64,000 nucleotides of DNA from assembly GCA_942491485.1 (NCBI GenBank), contig CALOAX010000002.1, positions 717,821 to 781,820 on the forward strand, given 5' to 3'. The notes below the pieces were generated by a model that was not told where the DNA came from, made no database searches, and saw nothing but the letters and a program-made list of their open reading frames with translations. Below, piece after piece: positions 9,544 to 19,381 of this stretch (its first letter is position 1; each line of letters starts with the position of its first letter). The position numbers and the translations under genes are program-made. Origin of the DNA: Desulfolunaceae bacterium (GTDB lineage Bacteria > Desulfobacterota > Desulfobacteria > Desulfobacterales > Desulfolunaceae).

Positions 9544-12500
9544 ATGGGTATTCGCTTAAAAACATGCCTTTCCATCTTTGTTGCTGTGGCGATCTCCATC
9601 GGTCTCTTCTACCAGGTGGCGGATCACGCCATCAACACGCGCTTCACAGCACTTGAAGAGCAACAGGCACGAAGCAGAATGCACGCCGTTCTCCGTTTTC
9701 TGGAAAGTGGCCGGGACGGCCTGCAACTGCTCACCGGTGACTGGAGCCTGTGGAACGACTCATACACGTTTATGAAGGATGGTAGCCCCGCATTCATTGA
9801 AAGCAACCTGATGAAAGAAACCTTCGCTGACAGCGGCCTTTCTTTCATTGGATTTTTCCCAGTCAAAGGGAGTGCCGTCTGGCAGGGGTATTATAATCAT
9901 GCAACCGACGAAATGACGCCCCCTCTTAACTCGTTCTCCAAAATACTCGATAAACTGATGGAGAGCCTCAGACTTCGCGGTACCGGTTCTGAGATTCAGC
10001 CTGGTTTTTTTGTGAGCCAGGGGGCCTTTCATTTCATTGCTGCAAACCCCATTTTCAAAAGCGACGGGTCGGGCCCGTCCCGTGGCTGGCTCGTCATGGT
10101 ACAGCAACTGGAAAAGAGCTTTTTCAACGAGCTGCTGGCCGAGAGTGCCATAAAGATAACCGTGACCACCCGTCCAGCGCACGGTGAACCCGGCGCCATT
10201 GTCGTTCACTTCACCGACAACCGGAAACAGTACGCCTGTGCGGGCACCCTCAATGATATCCTGGAACATCCCACCATTGAAGTCACCCTCACCGGCCCGT
10301 CAGAAATCTACATGGCAGGCAAGCGCCTTAAGGCCCTCACAGGAGTCGGTATCACCGTCACCGGTCTCCTGCTGGCCCTTCTCACTTACGCACTGATCCA
10401 GCGCACCCTTCTCAGACGTATCATTACCCTGAACTCCCAGGTAGCCCCGGTGGCAAAACCCAATGCCCCGGTTGAAAACGTCCTCATCCATGGCAAAGAT
10501 GAACTTTCGAAACTGGCCGTGGATATCAATGGGGTCTTTAAGCGGATCATCGAAGAGGAGTGCCTTAACCGATCCATCCTCACATCACTCAATGTCGGGA
10601 TCCTCATGATCGACGGGCAATCGGGAAAAATCCGGGACACAAACACCTGCATGGAAGAGATGGTGGGGAAAAAAGCGGATGCCCTGATGGGCCAATCTGC
10701 CGACGCCCTGTTCCACCCCTTGGCCGAGAACGAGCAAAACCTTCTTGCGCCTCATCAGGAAAAGGGGGTTCTCCAGGGAAACCCGCCACGTCAGGTGATC
10801 CGCACCAAAACAGCAACACGCTACCACGACGCCCCCATCCGAATTGAAACCTTCACCGACATCCAGGCCCTGGAAGCTGCGATGGAGGACGCAAAGCGAT
10901 CCGAATCCCACTACCGGACCCTCTTCAAAAACTCCGCCACACCCAGTGTGCTGTTCTGTAAAAACGGGAACATCGCCAAACTCAACAGCGAATTCCAGCG
11001 GTACGCCGGCGCAAAAGCCCCCAAAGAGCTACTGGGACGGCACTGGTCCCACTTTGTCGACTCCGAGGATGAGGCGAGGCTGCAAGCCCGCTTAGAGGAA
11101 AAAAAGAACTCTGTCATCTCCTTTGACGACAACGTGGAGGTGAAGTTCCATGACCTGATGGGGGGCGTCCACACAGCCAAGGTACATATGACGACCCTCC
11201 CGGGAACGGAGGAACGAATCGTCTCCATGCTCGATATAACCCGCCAGAAAAAAGCGGAAGGGATGCTCAGACACCAAGCCTTTTATGACAGCCTCACCGG
11301 CCTGGCCAACCGGCGCCTTTTTATGGAAACCATGGAACACTCCATGAACCTGGCGAAACGCAGACAGCGAAGCCTCACCCTCCTCCTCATCGACATCGAC
11401 GGTTTCAAGCACGTCAACGACACCTTAGGGCACCAGAGCGGCGACCTTCTACTCACCATGGTGGCAAAACGTTTCACAGACACTTTACGGAAAAGCGACA
11501 CCATTGCACGCTTGGGCGGTGACGAATTCACCATTCTCGTGGAGGAGTGCTACAGCGCCCAGGAGCTGGTGCTGCTCCTTCAGAGAATTCAAGAGGCCTT
11601 CAAGCCGCCCTTTGAAATCGGCATGACCCAACTCCACATCACCCTCAGCATCGGGGTGGCCCGCTTCCCCGATGATGCCAAAGACTCCGAAACCCTGATC
11701 CGCAATGCCGATCTTGCCATGTACCGGGCAAAAAAAACCGGCAACGCGTACAACTTTTTCACACACCGCCTTGATAAGGAGGCCCGGCTTCGATTTGAAA
11801 TGGAGCAGGACCTTCGAAAAGCCATGGACGAAACCCAGTTCGCCCTCTACCTCCAGCCCCGCGTTGGTTTGGATGGTAACAAACTCCTGGGCATGGAGGG
11901 ACTCATCCGGTGGTGTCACCCCGTCAAGGGGATCTGCTCTCCATCCGAATTTATTCCCTGCGCGGAGATGAACGGCCTCATCGTCCCCATGGACCTCTGG
12001 GTCCTGAAAACAGGCTGCCGCCTCATCGCTGAATGGAACCTGAAAAGGGAGACCCCTCTTTTAATATCCCTCAATATTTCGGCATGGCATTTCCGGGACA
12101 ACCATCTCCCCGCACGTGTAGCCCGTGTGCTTGAAGAGACAGGGTGTGCACCCCATTGGCTTGAGTTGGAGGTAACGGAGACTGCCCTCATGGAAAACCT
12201 TGCCGCCGCAGCCCCCCACCTGGAGAAACTCAGGAACATGGGCGTATCCATCGCCCTGGACGACTTCGGAACCGGCTACTCCTCACTCAACTACCTGAGA
12301 GAAATCCCGGTGGACACCCTGAAAATTGACCGCTCCTTCATCGCCGCTCTCAATGAAGAAGACTCCAAGGGTCTCTTTCTGGTGAAAACCATTGTGGACC
12401 TGGGAAAGACATTTAACATCCAGGTGGTGGCCGAAGGGGTGGAGGAACCGGAACAGATGCGCCTTCTCCAATCCATCGGCTGCCCCGTCGCCCAGGGGTT

Positions 12501-12573
12501 CCTCTGGTCCCCCCCCATGGCCCCTGCGGATTTCCCCCACCATCTTGATGTGTTCCCCCCTGAAAAAAAATAG
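9544..12573 (+). CDS. CHASE4-HAMP-PAS-PAS-GGDEF-EAL c-di-GMP enzyme
   Basis: DWSLWNDSY (CHASE4), RLGGDEF, MEGLIRW (EAL variant) and DDFGTGYSSL. Confidence 0.92.
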   Translation: MGIRLKTCLSIFVAVAISIGLFYQVADHAINTRFTALEEQQARSRMHAVLRFLESGRDGLQLLTGDWSLWNDSYTFMKDGSPAFIESNLMKETFADSGLSFIGFFPVKGSAVWQGYYNHATDEMTPPLNSFSKILDKLMESLRLRGTGSEIQPGFFVSQGAFHFIAANPIFKSDGSGPSRGWLVMVQQLEKSFFNELLAESAIKITVTTRPAHGEPGAIVVHFTDNRKQYACAGTLNDILEHPTIEVTLTGPSEIYMAGKRLKALTGVGITVTGLLLALLTYALIQRTLLRRIITLNSQVAPVAKPNAPVENVLIHGKDELSKLAVDINGVFKRIIEEECLNRSILTSLNVGILMIDGQSGKIRDTNTCMEEMVGKKADALMGQSADALFHPLAENEQNLLAPHQEKGVLQGNPPRQVIRTKTATRYHDAPIRIETFTDIQALEAAMEDAKRSESHYRTLFKNSATPSVLFCKNGNIAKLNSEFQRYAGAKAPKELLGRHWSHFVDSEDEARLQARLEEKKNSVISFDDNVEVKFHDLMGGVHTAKVHMTTLPGTEERIVSMLDITRQKKAEGMLRHQAFYDSLTGLANRRLFMETMEHSMNLAKRRQRSLTLLLIDIDGFKHVNDTLGHQSGDLLLTMVAKRFTDTLRKSDTIARLGGDEFTILVEECYSAQELVLLLQRIQEAFKPPFEIGMTQLHITLSIGVARFPDDAKDSETLIRNADLAMYRAKKTGNAYNFFTHRLDKEARLRFEMEQDLRKAMDETQFALYLQPRVGLDGNKLLGMEGLIRWCHPVKGICSPSEFIPCAEMNGLIVPMDLWVLKTGCRLIAEWNLKRETPLLISLNISAWHFRDNHLPARVARVLEETGCAPHWLELEVTETALMENLAAAAPHLEKLRNMGVSIALDDFGTGYSSLNYLREIPVDTLKIDRSFIAALNEEDSKGLFLVKTIVDLGKTFNIQVVAEGVEEPEQMRLLQSIGCPVAQGFLWSPPMAPADFPHHLDVFPPEKK

Positions 12574-12852
12574 CCGTAAGATCCCGCCAGCCATAGAGCA
12601 GAGTCCACCCCACAAGAGATGCGCAAAATTATTGGGAGGGGCAATCAAGGCATGGGACAGATAACCTGGGAAGAGAGGAATGATTCGGGAAGGAGCTTTG
12701 TTACAGAAATGAGAGAAAAAGGGGAAGGGGCTGACTCAAAACGATCGTCCCCGCAGGTGTGAGCAACCACAAAGGAAATCAGCATTCCAAGTGGTTTCAT
12801 GGTCCGATTTTCAGGTAAAAACCATGAAGAGCACGCAACCTCTACAGGTCAT

Positions 12853-12940
12853 CACGGGCACATCCCGTCAGCAAATGAGACCAGCTGAGGAACGATGGCT
12901 GAGAGCATTTGCGAACCCGCTTTCGAGGTGGCACACCTCG
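12853..12940 (-). repeat. TGCCTCCGG-family partial arm
   Basis: CACGGGCACATCCCGTCAGCAAATG...GAGGAACG...TTTCGAGGTGGCACACCTCG. Confidence 0.65.
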
Positions 12941-12942
12941 TT

Positions 12943-13698
12943 TTAAGCTGCATTCCAGATGGAGCGGGCACGGCAGGCAAGGGTGCCGTCATCTTTGAGC
13001 ACGGCATGGTCATAGACATAAGGGGTAGCGGAAGGGCTGCCCACGGATCGGGCTTCGTCTCCAAAACGCAGCTCGCTCTTAAATTCAAGCTCAAGGGAGG
13101 TGAGGTGCCGGTTTAAAAGCATCTCCTCGGGAAGGGTTTCAAGAACCCACTCGGCGTATCGGACGTTGTTGACGTGGCTATTGGTGTCCAGGTCCCGAAA
13201 TCCGGCGAGCCAGGGAATGCCCCCTTCCAGCCCGTCCATCGCTCCCAGCCGTTCCGGGATCAACCCCTCATGTTCCGCTCCCAACTCAGACTCCGGAAGC
13301 GCAACAGGCAGGGCCGAGGCGCGGACCATTCGCCGGGTGTCCCCATTTACCAGAGCCCAGGAACTCACTCCGGAGGCAAGAATCCGACCATCTTCCCCCA
13401 ACGCCTTGTAAGCCCGGTAAAAGAGCAAGCGGTTCCCCCCGGCATGCCAGGTATTCACCGACACCTTTTCCCCTCGCATGGGCAATACTCCCATCGTCAT
13501 TTTCATGCCTGTCATGGCCCAGAAAAGACCGTAATCAAGCACCCGATCAAAGACGCCGTCCACGGCATCGGAATGAAGCACCGCCCCTTCCTGAAAGTAC
13601 CGAAGCATGGCCACCGGAAACATACGACCCGAAGGCCCGCAATCCCAGGAAGGGACCTGAAACTCTGTGGTAAAACGATTGTCGATCACACTCATCAC
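12943..13698 (-). CDS. Acyl-ACP thioesterase (FatA/FatB-like)
   Basis: Double hot-dog fold; DLDTNSHVNNVRYAEW. Confidence 0.9.
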   Translation of the reverse strand: MMSVIDNRFTTEFQVPSWDCGPSGRMFPVAMLRYFQEGAVLHSDAVDGVFDRVLDYGLFWAMTGMKMTMGVLPMRGEKVSVNTWHAGGNRLLFYRAYKALGEDGRILASGVSSWALVNGDTRRMVRASALPVALPESELGAEHEGLIPERLGAMDGLEGGIPWLAGFRDLDTNSHVNNVRYAEWVLETLPEEMLLNRHLTSLELEFKSELRFGDEARSVGSPSATPYVYDHAVLKDDGTLACRARSIWNAA

Positions 13699-14768
13699 GC
13701 GATTCTCCTCACCATGTCCCGAATCTTCCCCGATGCAACCGCCTCAAGAAACTGGTCTCCCAGCCTTCGCCCCATGGCCACACTCTTTTCCCAGAACGCC
13801 ACGCGCTCGCCATCCCGCCCGGACAATCGGTCAAAATCACGGCGATCGGGAATCCGTCCAAAGGGAAGCTCGGCCACGAACGAAGACGAAGGCGAAAGCA
13901 GGAGCACATCGGAGAGAAGCGCCCCGTCCGCCATACGCTCGGGCCTGTTCTTGTCAAACCAGCCGAGGGTCACCTCACTGTAGAAGTGAGGGTAAAGCAC
14001 AATCCCTTCCTCCCCCCTTAGAAAATCAAAGGCGGGGTGATAATGAAAAAGCCCACCGTCCCGATAGACACCCTCCGGTGCCCCGGGTATTTCTCGTATG
14101 CCGTCCATAACATAAGGAATGGACCCACTCCCCAGAAGCGCCTGTCTCAGGTTCTCAGGCGTCAAAGCCGCCATGCCCCCTGCAAACTCACCATTTTTCG
14201 AGAATGGCGGCACATCCCTGGGGTCATAAAACAGGGTAGGCCGGCACTGCTTGCGGAACAGGTCTCGGGAAATACGGTTTGCCCCCCAGGCCGCCACGAG
14301 TCCTGCGGCCATGGCCAGGGGGTGATCCAAAGCCAGGGGCCCCCGGCACCGAACAGCCGAAAGGTGAAGCCTGCAATACGGATGAGATAAAATTTCCTCC
14401 ACCTTCCCCGGTCCGAGGTAGGCGTCCATGATCCGATCGGCTTCGTCCGCAACCTGCCGGGGCGTTGCCTTGCCTTCGTAATACTGATGAATGTACGCAT
14501 GGGCCAGACGATCAAACCCCGCCACCGGGTCATCTTGGGCTGCCGCCGCAGACTTCCACGAGCCGATGGAGGTCCCGAACAGGTGCAAAGGCTTCTCCCG
14601 CCCTTCAAACCACTGCCCAAAAAGCGCCGACTCCAACCCGTGAAGCACCAACCATTTGGCAGCCCCGGAGGCCCCCACCACCATGGAGACATCGTCCGGA
14701 GACAACCCCTGAGACTGAATCCTCTCATACGCCCTGTGGCCCGCCAGAAACATCAAATCGCCTGCCAT
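13695..14768 (-). CDS. Patatin-like phospholipase/hydrolase
   Basis: GASGAAKW, GTSIGSW (GxSxG) and DGG. Start trimmed to MAGDL after AAGGAG. Confidence 0.8.
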   Translation of the reverse strand: MAGDLMFLAGHRAYERIQSQGLSPDDVSMVVGASGAAKWLVLHGLESALFGQWFEGREKPLHLFGTSIGSWKSAAAAQDDPVAGFDRLAHAYIHQYYEGKATPRQVADEADRIMDAYLGPGKVEEILSHPYCRLHLSAVRCRGPLALDHPLAMAAGLVAAWGANRISRDLFRKQCRPTLFYDPRDVPPFSKNGEFAGGMAALTPENLRQALLGSGSIPYVMDGIREIPGAPEGVYRDGGLFHYHPAFDFLRGEEGIVLYPHFYSEVTLGWFDKNRPERMADGALLSDVLLLSPSSSFVAELPFGRIPDRRDFDRLSGRDGERVAFWEKSVAMGRRLGDQFLEAVASGKIRDMVRRIA

Positions 14769-14796
14769 GTTTTCTCCTTTGTGTCCGGTAAAACAA

Positions 14797-14915
14797 TGCC
14801 TCCGGCGGCCAGGTGGGGGCACCTGGAAACCTGATTGCCATTGCGCCTTACCCCTCGTTCCTCGGGGCAAGGCGCAATGGCGTTCGCCGCGGGCTGCGCC
14901 CGCCTCCAATGCTGG
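14797..14915 (+). repeat. TGCCTCCGG-family arm
   Basis: CCAGGTG/CACCTGG hairpin, GCCATTGCGCC/GGCGCAATGGC stem around CCTCGTTCCTCG, tail GCCTCCAATGCTGG. Confidence 0.85.
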
Positions 14916-15018
14916 AGATAATGCAAAATAAGCCACAAGCATCAAAGGGCTGTGGATACGGTACATAACCTCTGGCCGAACGGGATTACGGTTAAGCAAC
15001 TCATATCGTCCTCTCAGA

Positions 15019-15507
15019 CTAAGAGAACGCAGCAGCCATTTCGGTGAGTTCCTCTTCAGGCATGACACCCATGCTCCCGAACTCCTCCATGGTAAACAGC
15101 ACAAACTCCCCTTCGGACAAGGCACAGACGTCCCCTGCCTCATCCCGGATCTCGGCCACCACCCGTGCCTTCCGATCGCTGTTCCGCTCCTTGATGTAAC
15201 CGCTGATGATCAAGGGGGTTTCGATTTTCACCGGTTTTTTAAACGACACGTTCATCCCCTTGGTGAGGATAAACCGCTGCGTGAGATGAATGGCGGTCCA
15301 GCTCATCATCTCATCAAGAATGGTGGAAAGGATCCCACCATGCACCAGGTTGCTCCACCCGCGGAACCGCTCTTTGACCGTCAGGCCCGAACGCAACTGC
15401 TCCCCGTTGGACTCAAAGGTCATCTGAAGGCCGTAGGGGTTCTCCCACCCACAGGCAAAACATTCCCGATCCACCCCCGCCAGGGGCTTCCATTGGGTCT
15501 CTGTCAT
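15019..15507 (-). CDS. PaaI-family thioesterase
   Basis: CFACGWENPYGL and VHGGILSTILDEMM. Confidence 0.9.
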   Translation of the reverse strand: MTETQWKPLAGVDRECFACGWENPYGLQMTFESNGEQLRSGLTVKERFRGWSNLVHGGILSTILDEMMSWTAIHLTQRFILTKGMNVSFKKPVKIETPLIISGYIKERNSDRKARVVAEIRDEAGDVCALSEGEFVLFTMEEFGSMGVMPEEELTEMAAAFS

Positions 15508-15626
15508 TGTCTCTCTCCCATTACATTGTCAAAGCCATCAATCATTCATATCTTTCAGCCGATCCCTTCAAGAGACCGACAGAGTTGCGACACCGTATTC
15601 ACAACCCGCCAAGGCTTATAAATACC

Positions 15627-15851
15627 GTAGCTATTCAGCTCAACATGATTGTTGAAAAGAAGCCTCCGGCGGCAAGGTGTGCCACCTTGAAAGCAGGTTG
15701 CGGATGCGCTTTGTCCCTCGTTCCTCGGGACAAATCACATCCGCCTTCAATTCGCGCACTACCTAAGAATCATTTTTTAAAACCTGTTTATCAAACTTTT
15801 CAAAAGGTTGCCCCCCGGCAGGGCCGCCGGAGGCACAAGCTGAATAGTTAC
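15627..15851. mobile_element. 225-bp non-autonomous element (MITE) with IS66-like TIRs, containing a TGCCTCCGG doublet (15662-15835)
   Basis: TIRs GTAGCTATTCAGC / GCTGAATAGTTAC; perfect 8-bp direct repeat TAAATACC at 15619-15626 and 15852-15859. Confidence 0.82.
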
Positions 15852-15891
15852 TAAATACCTGTAAAAAATCTCTAGGTGTGGAGTCGACAAA

Positions 15892-15976
15892 CGCCATTGC
15901 GATTTGCCCTGAGGAACGAAGGGCGAAGCGCGATGGCAATTAGCTTTCGAGGTGGCTCACCTCGTCGCCGGAGGCA
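15892..15976 (-). repeat. TGCCTCCGG-family arm
   Basis: GAGGAACGAAGG...TTTCGAGGTGGCTCACCTCGTCGCCGGAGGCA. Confidence 0.8.
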
Positions 15977-15999
15977 CGCTTTTACCGTCTTCTTTTCGC

Positions 16000-16605
16000 C
16001 TACGTTGCTTCTGCTCCAAGAATCTTCCTGGCAGCTTCGGTCATGTGGCGACAGTGGGCGTCGAAGGTTCCGGCCTCAATGTGGTAACGGGAAAAATAGT
16101 GGGAACCTTCGGACAGGGAGATCAAGGCCTCCGCCGATGCTGTGGGGTCATCCACACGAATCACCCCGGCTTCAGAGAGAAGGGCCATCTGATGAAGGAG
16201 GTACTTCCGGTAGTGCCCGTAGAGGTTGCGCACCCGGTCCATCACCGAGGGGTCCCTGTGGCTCAGGGCCAGAAAGGAGAAAACGACGGAGAAGCTTGCC
16301 GCATCGTGCCACTCCCGACTCCAGATCAAGGCCAGGAGCCGCTCCAGCCTTTCGGATGGCTCTCCCCCTTCTGGAAGTCTTGCAAACAGGGCGGCGTAGG
16401 TGTGAAGCACCTCGTCCACCAGCGCCATCACCATCTTCTCTTTGGAACCGAAGTAGTGAATGATGAGGCTCGCATGGACCTCCGCCTGCTTCGCCACCTT
16501 GGCCACTGAGGCATTCTCAAAGCCCTCGGCCTCGATCACCTCATAAAAGGCCTTTAAAATGGCCGGTTTTCTCTCTTCTGCGTTTTGTCTTTTTCGTCCT
16601 GCCAT
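16000..16605 (-). CDS. TetR-family regulator (BetI-like)
   Basis: ILKAFYEVIEAEGFENASVAKVAKQAEVHASLIIHYFGSKE HTH. Start trimmed to MAGRK. Confidence 0.9.
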   Translation of the reverse strand: MAGRKRQNAEERKPAILKAFYEVIEAEGFENASVAKVAKQAEVHASLIIHYFGSKEKMVMALVDEVLHTYAALFARLPEGGEPSERLERLLALIWSREWHDAASFSVVFSFLALSHRDPSVMDRVRNLYGHYRKYLLHQMALLSEAGVIRVDDPTASAEALISLSEGSHYFSRYHIEAGTFDAHCRHMTEAARKILGAEAT

Positions 16606-16822
16606 ATCCATCCCTTGCGGTGGGTGCCGCATTGTTTCCGAGAACTTATTAATTGAACATTCATTTAATAAGGAGATATGCCCCATGTGTCAAGACCAAT
16701 TCTCAGAGGAGGGGGAAATTCCGATGACGCGTGATTCCCAGCGCCCCTCATGAGAGACAACCACTTGAAAAATTGCAACTATTCAGCAATGCGTTCTATG
16801 GTCAAGGTGCATGGTAAAAGGG

Positions 16823-17013
16823 TGCATCCGGCGGCAAGGGTGGCAAAGCCACTTAAGCGAAAAGCCTTGAAAGCAGGTAGCGGATGCGCAGTGCCCCTCG
16901 TTCCTCGGGGCCAATCACATCCGCCTTTTAATTTGAGTGTAATCTTGAAACCAGGCTCACAATCTGCTTGGCAACCTTTTCAAACGGTTGCCCCCGGCAG
17001 AGCCGCCGGAGGC
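16823..17013. repeat. TGCCTCCGG-family doublet
   Basis: TGCATCCGGCGGCAAGGGTGG...CCTCGTTCCTCGG...GCCGCCGGAGGC. TIR-like GCAACTATTCAGC at 16775. Confidence 0.8.
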
Positions 17014-17021
17014 CATCTGGA

Positions 17022-17660
17022 TCAGTCACCAAAACTGGTGCTGCTTCCGGTGTTGTTTTCAAAATGGACAAAATCGATAAGAAAAACCGCGCCAAGAAGC
17101 ACGGCTTTCTGGGTGGCGGGGAGATCCTTTTCCAACTTCAGGCCAAAATTGTCGGCATCGGTCATGGCCTCTGTGAACAGCCCGCTCCACTTCTTGGTAA
17201 TGACCCCGGCCTGCCCAAGGGCATTTTCAATCCTGAAGGTCCAGGGTTTAAAAAAAGGCCCTTTCAGCTCAAAGAGCGTGCGATCGTCCACGTCTTTGAC
17301 CTCGTAGATCCGATTGAAAAAGGTAAATCGCTTCACCACCCTGCCCAGGACCATCTCATGGCCATTCATCACCGTGATTTCATGAAACATAAACCGAAAG
17401 GGACGCTTCACCCGCAACCGGATGTTGCGCTGCTCGTCTGAGAGAACAACCTCAAAGGGCCTGAGCTGCTTGAGGAAGTTCCGGGAGAGAAACCCCGTGT
17501 TCACCTCGGCAGCGTAAAGGGTCTGGCCACTCTGTAGCTTCACCACATAATTATTCTGGGTCTCAAACCCGGTAAAAGCCTCGAACATCTCTTTTTTCTG
17601 GGTAACCAGAACCTCTCTCGAAGATTCAAGCTCTTTCACTGTGTCATTCTCCTTTATCAT
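17022..17660 (-). CDS. Phospholipid scramblase / LURP-one-like protein
   Basis: FEAFTGFETQNNY, KKWSGLFTEAMTDADNFG and KAVLLGAVFLIDFVHFE are scramblase-family motifs. Confidence 0.85.
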   Translation of the reverse strand: MIKENDTVKELESSREVLVTQKKEMFEAFTGFETQNNYVVKLQSGQTLYAAEVNTGFLSRNFLKQLRPFEVVLSDEQRNIRLRVKRPFRFMFHEITVMNGHEMVLGRVVKRFTFFNRIYEVKDVDDRTLFELKGPFFKPWTFRIENALGQAGVITKKWSGLFTEAMTDADNFGLKLEKDLPATQKAVLLGAVFLIDFVHFENNTGSSTSFGD

Positions 17661-17667
17661 GCGGCGA

Positions 17668-17751
17668 TGCCTCCGGCGGCAAGGTGTGCCACCTTGAAAG
17701 CATATGGCCGATGCGCTTTGTTCCTCGTTCCTCGGCTCAAATCACATCGGC
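17668..17751 (+). repeat. TGCCTCCGG-family arm
   Basis: CAAGGTG/CACCTTG; GCCGATG/CATCGGC stem around CCTCGTTCCTCG. Confidence 0.85.
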
Positions 17752-17994
17752 ATTTTTTGTTAAATTGTCTGTTTGTTTTCCACCTATGCCCAAACCCGGT
17801 ATGTGCAAGGTGTACATCGTCAGAAATGCAACCATTCCCAGCCAAACCCACACCCTGATATATCCCATGCCAGCCCCCTGGTACCAGAAATGCTATCGGC
17901 CGAAATCGCCAACCCCACCAACAAGACAACCCTCTGTTTTATAGCACTTTAGCAGCAAATCTTCCACAAATGGACCTTATTGCCCCCCAGGTTT

Positions 17995-18224
17995 GCGAAT
18001 GCTTCAACCCTCGTTCCTCGGGTTGTCACATTCGCTAACGGGCTGCGCCCATGAAAAACCGCTGAGGTTTATAAACCGTCTTCGTGCAGCCCGAAGGGCG
18101 CTTCGTGATCTTCATGGTTTATGCCTGAGCCAGATCATGAAGGCGCCTCAAATCCACTTGACTTTGCCCGGAATAACTCCGGCCGCCAAGGTTTTCAGCT
18201 AAAGTGGCTTCGCCGCCGGAGGCA
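17995..18224. repeat. TGCCTCCGG-family composite
   Basis: GCGAATG...CCTCGTTCCTCGG...CATTCGC, ACGGGCTGCGCCC, ends GCCGCCGGAGGCA. Confidence 0.75.
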
Positions 18225-18247
18225 TGCTCCAACCTCCATTTTCGCCA

Positions 18248-18568
18248 TCAGCTGAAATGAACCGCCACCCAGATCGTCTCCCTGTCTTCAGGGGTCCACA
18301 CCACCCGGTGCCTCGCGTGGGCGGGAATGAAGAGGTGGTCTCCTGTTTTGAGGTGCATCTCGTCCTTTCCCTCGAACTGGAGCCTAGCCTCCCCTTTGAC
18401 CACCAGCACCCACTCCCGGGTCTCCTGATCGTACCAATCCCCTTCAGCCGATGCGTGCCCCTTGGACACAATCCGTTCAATGGTGACACTGTTTCCCGAA
18501 GCAAGAACAGTAAACAACTCTTCAGGAAGGTCTTCGGGAATATTATCGAACAATGACGTTGCTATCAT
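18248..18568 (-). CDS. Cupin-domain protein
   Basis: IERIVSKGH...WYDQETREWVLVVKGEARL...IPAHARHRVVWT. Confidence 0.88.
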   Translation of the reverse strand: MIATSLFDNIPEDLPEELFTVLASGNSVTIERIVSKGHASAEGDWYDQETREWVLVVKGEARLQFEGKDEMHLKTGDHLFIPAHARHRVVWTPEDRETIWVAVHFS

Positions 18569-18715
18569 GGGAACCTGTCCTCTCTTGCATGGGAAAATGT
18601 TTGCAGCAGGAGACCGCTGTGTTATGACCCCACCGGCAACGTGGCAGCAACTTGAAACCCTATGACGATTTCATAAACGTTGTCTTTATGAAATCGTTCA
18701 CAGTGGAAGACATTC

Positions 18716-19156
18716 ATGAAAAACAGAACCGATATTGCTGTTCAAAAATTCTTAGATGGATATAACTGCTCACAAGCCGTGTTTTTTTCGTTCTGTGATG
18801 ATCTTAAGATTGAAAAAAATATCGCGCTAAAACTGGCAAGCGGTTTTGGAGCCGGTATGGGTCGAAAACAAGAGGTTTGCGGTGCAGTATCTGGCGGAAT
18901 ACTTGTTATCGGGTCAAAGTATGGCAGAGGTGACAATGAAGATCGCTCTGCAATGGAATTATCCTACAAAAAAACACAAATTTTAATGGATCGATTTACA
19001 GCGAAACATGGAACACTTTCTTGCAGACACTTACTGAACCAGTGTGAGTTAACAACCAAAGAAGGTCAATTGTATTTCAAGGAAAATGATCTTCTAAGAA
19101 AAAAATGTATTCCTTGTGTCAAAACCGTTGTCGAAACATTGGAAGAATTATTGTAA
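18716..19156 (+). CDS. C_GCAxxG_C_C family (putative redox-active) protein
   Basis: YNCSQAV, GFGAGMGR..VCGAVSG, SCRHL and KCIPCV. Visibly AT-rich. Confidence 0.9.
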   Translation: MKNRTDIAVQKFLDGYNCSQAVFFSFCDDLKIEKNIALKLASGFGAGMGRKQEVCGAVSGGILVIGSKYGRGDNEDRSAMELSYKKTQILMDRFTAKHGTLSCRHLLNQCELTTKEGQLYFKENDLLRKKCIPCVKTVVETLEELL

Positions 19157-19381
19157 ATTTGTGACCACTCAACACAATGTCGCCTCCGGAGGCCCTGCTG
19201 GAGTCCAAGCCGTCTGAAACGAAAGACAAACATGCACTGAATCCGATTTTGTTTCATTCGAAGATGTTGGTTTGCCGACTGGAATCGTCTTAGCAATCAA
19301 CCGGACAGCTTTCGGGGCTCATTTCAACATGCGACCCGCAGGTGGCAACAAATTATTTCAACGAGTTAGCAAGTGACACAC

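Noticed and set aside
14769-15143. Long N-terminal extensions in the ORF track (also 22818-22970, 42850-42915, 54462-54551, 1906-2034)
   Set aside because: They run through repeat elements or leaders; downstream starts have RBSs or match family N-termini.
16750-17307. Recurring small ORFs with PPAARCATLKA / HLAAGG peptides
   Set aside because: These peptides are the repeat sequence read in different frames, not a protein family.
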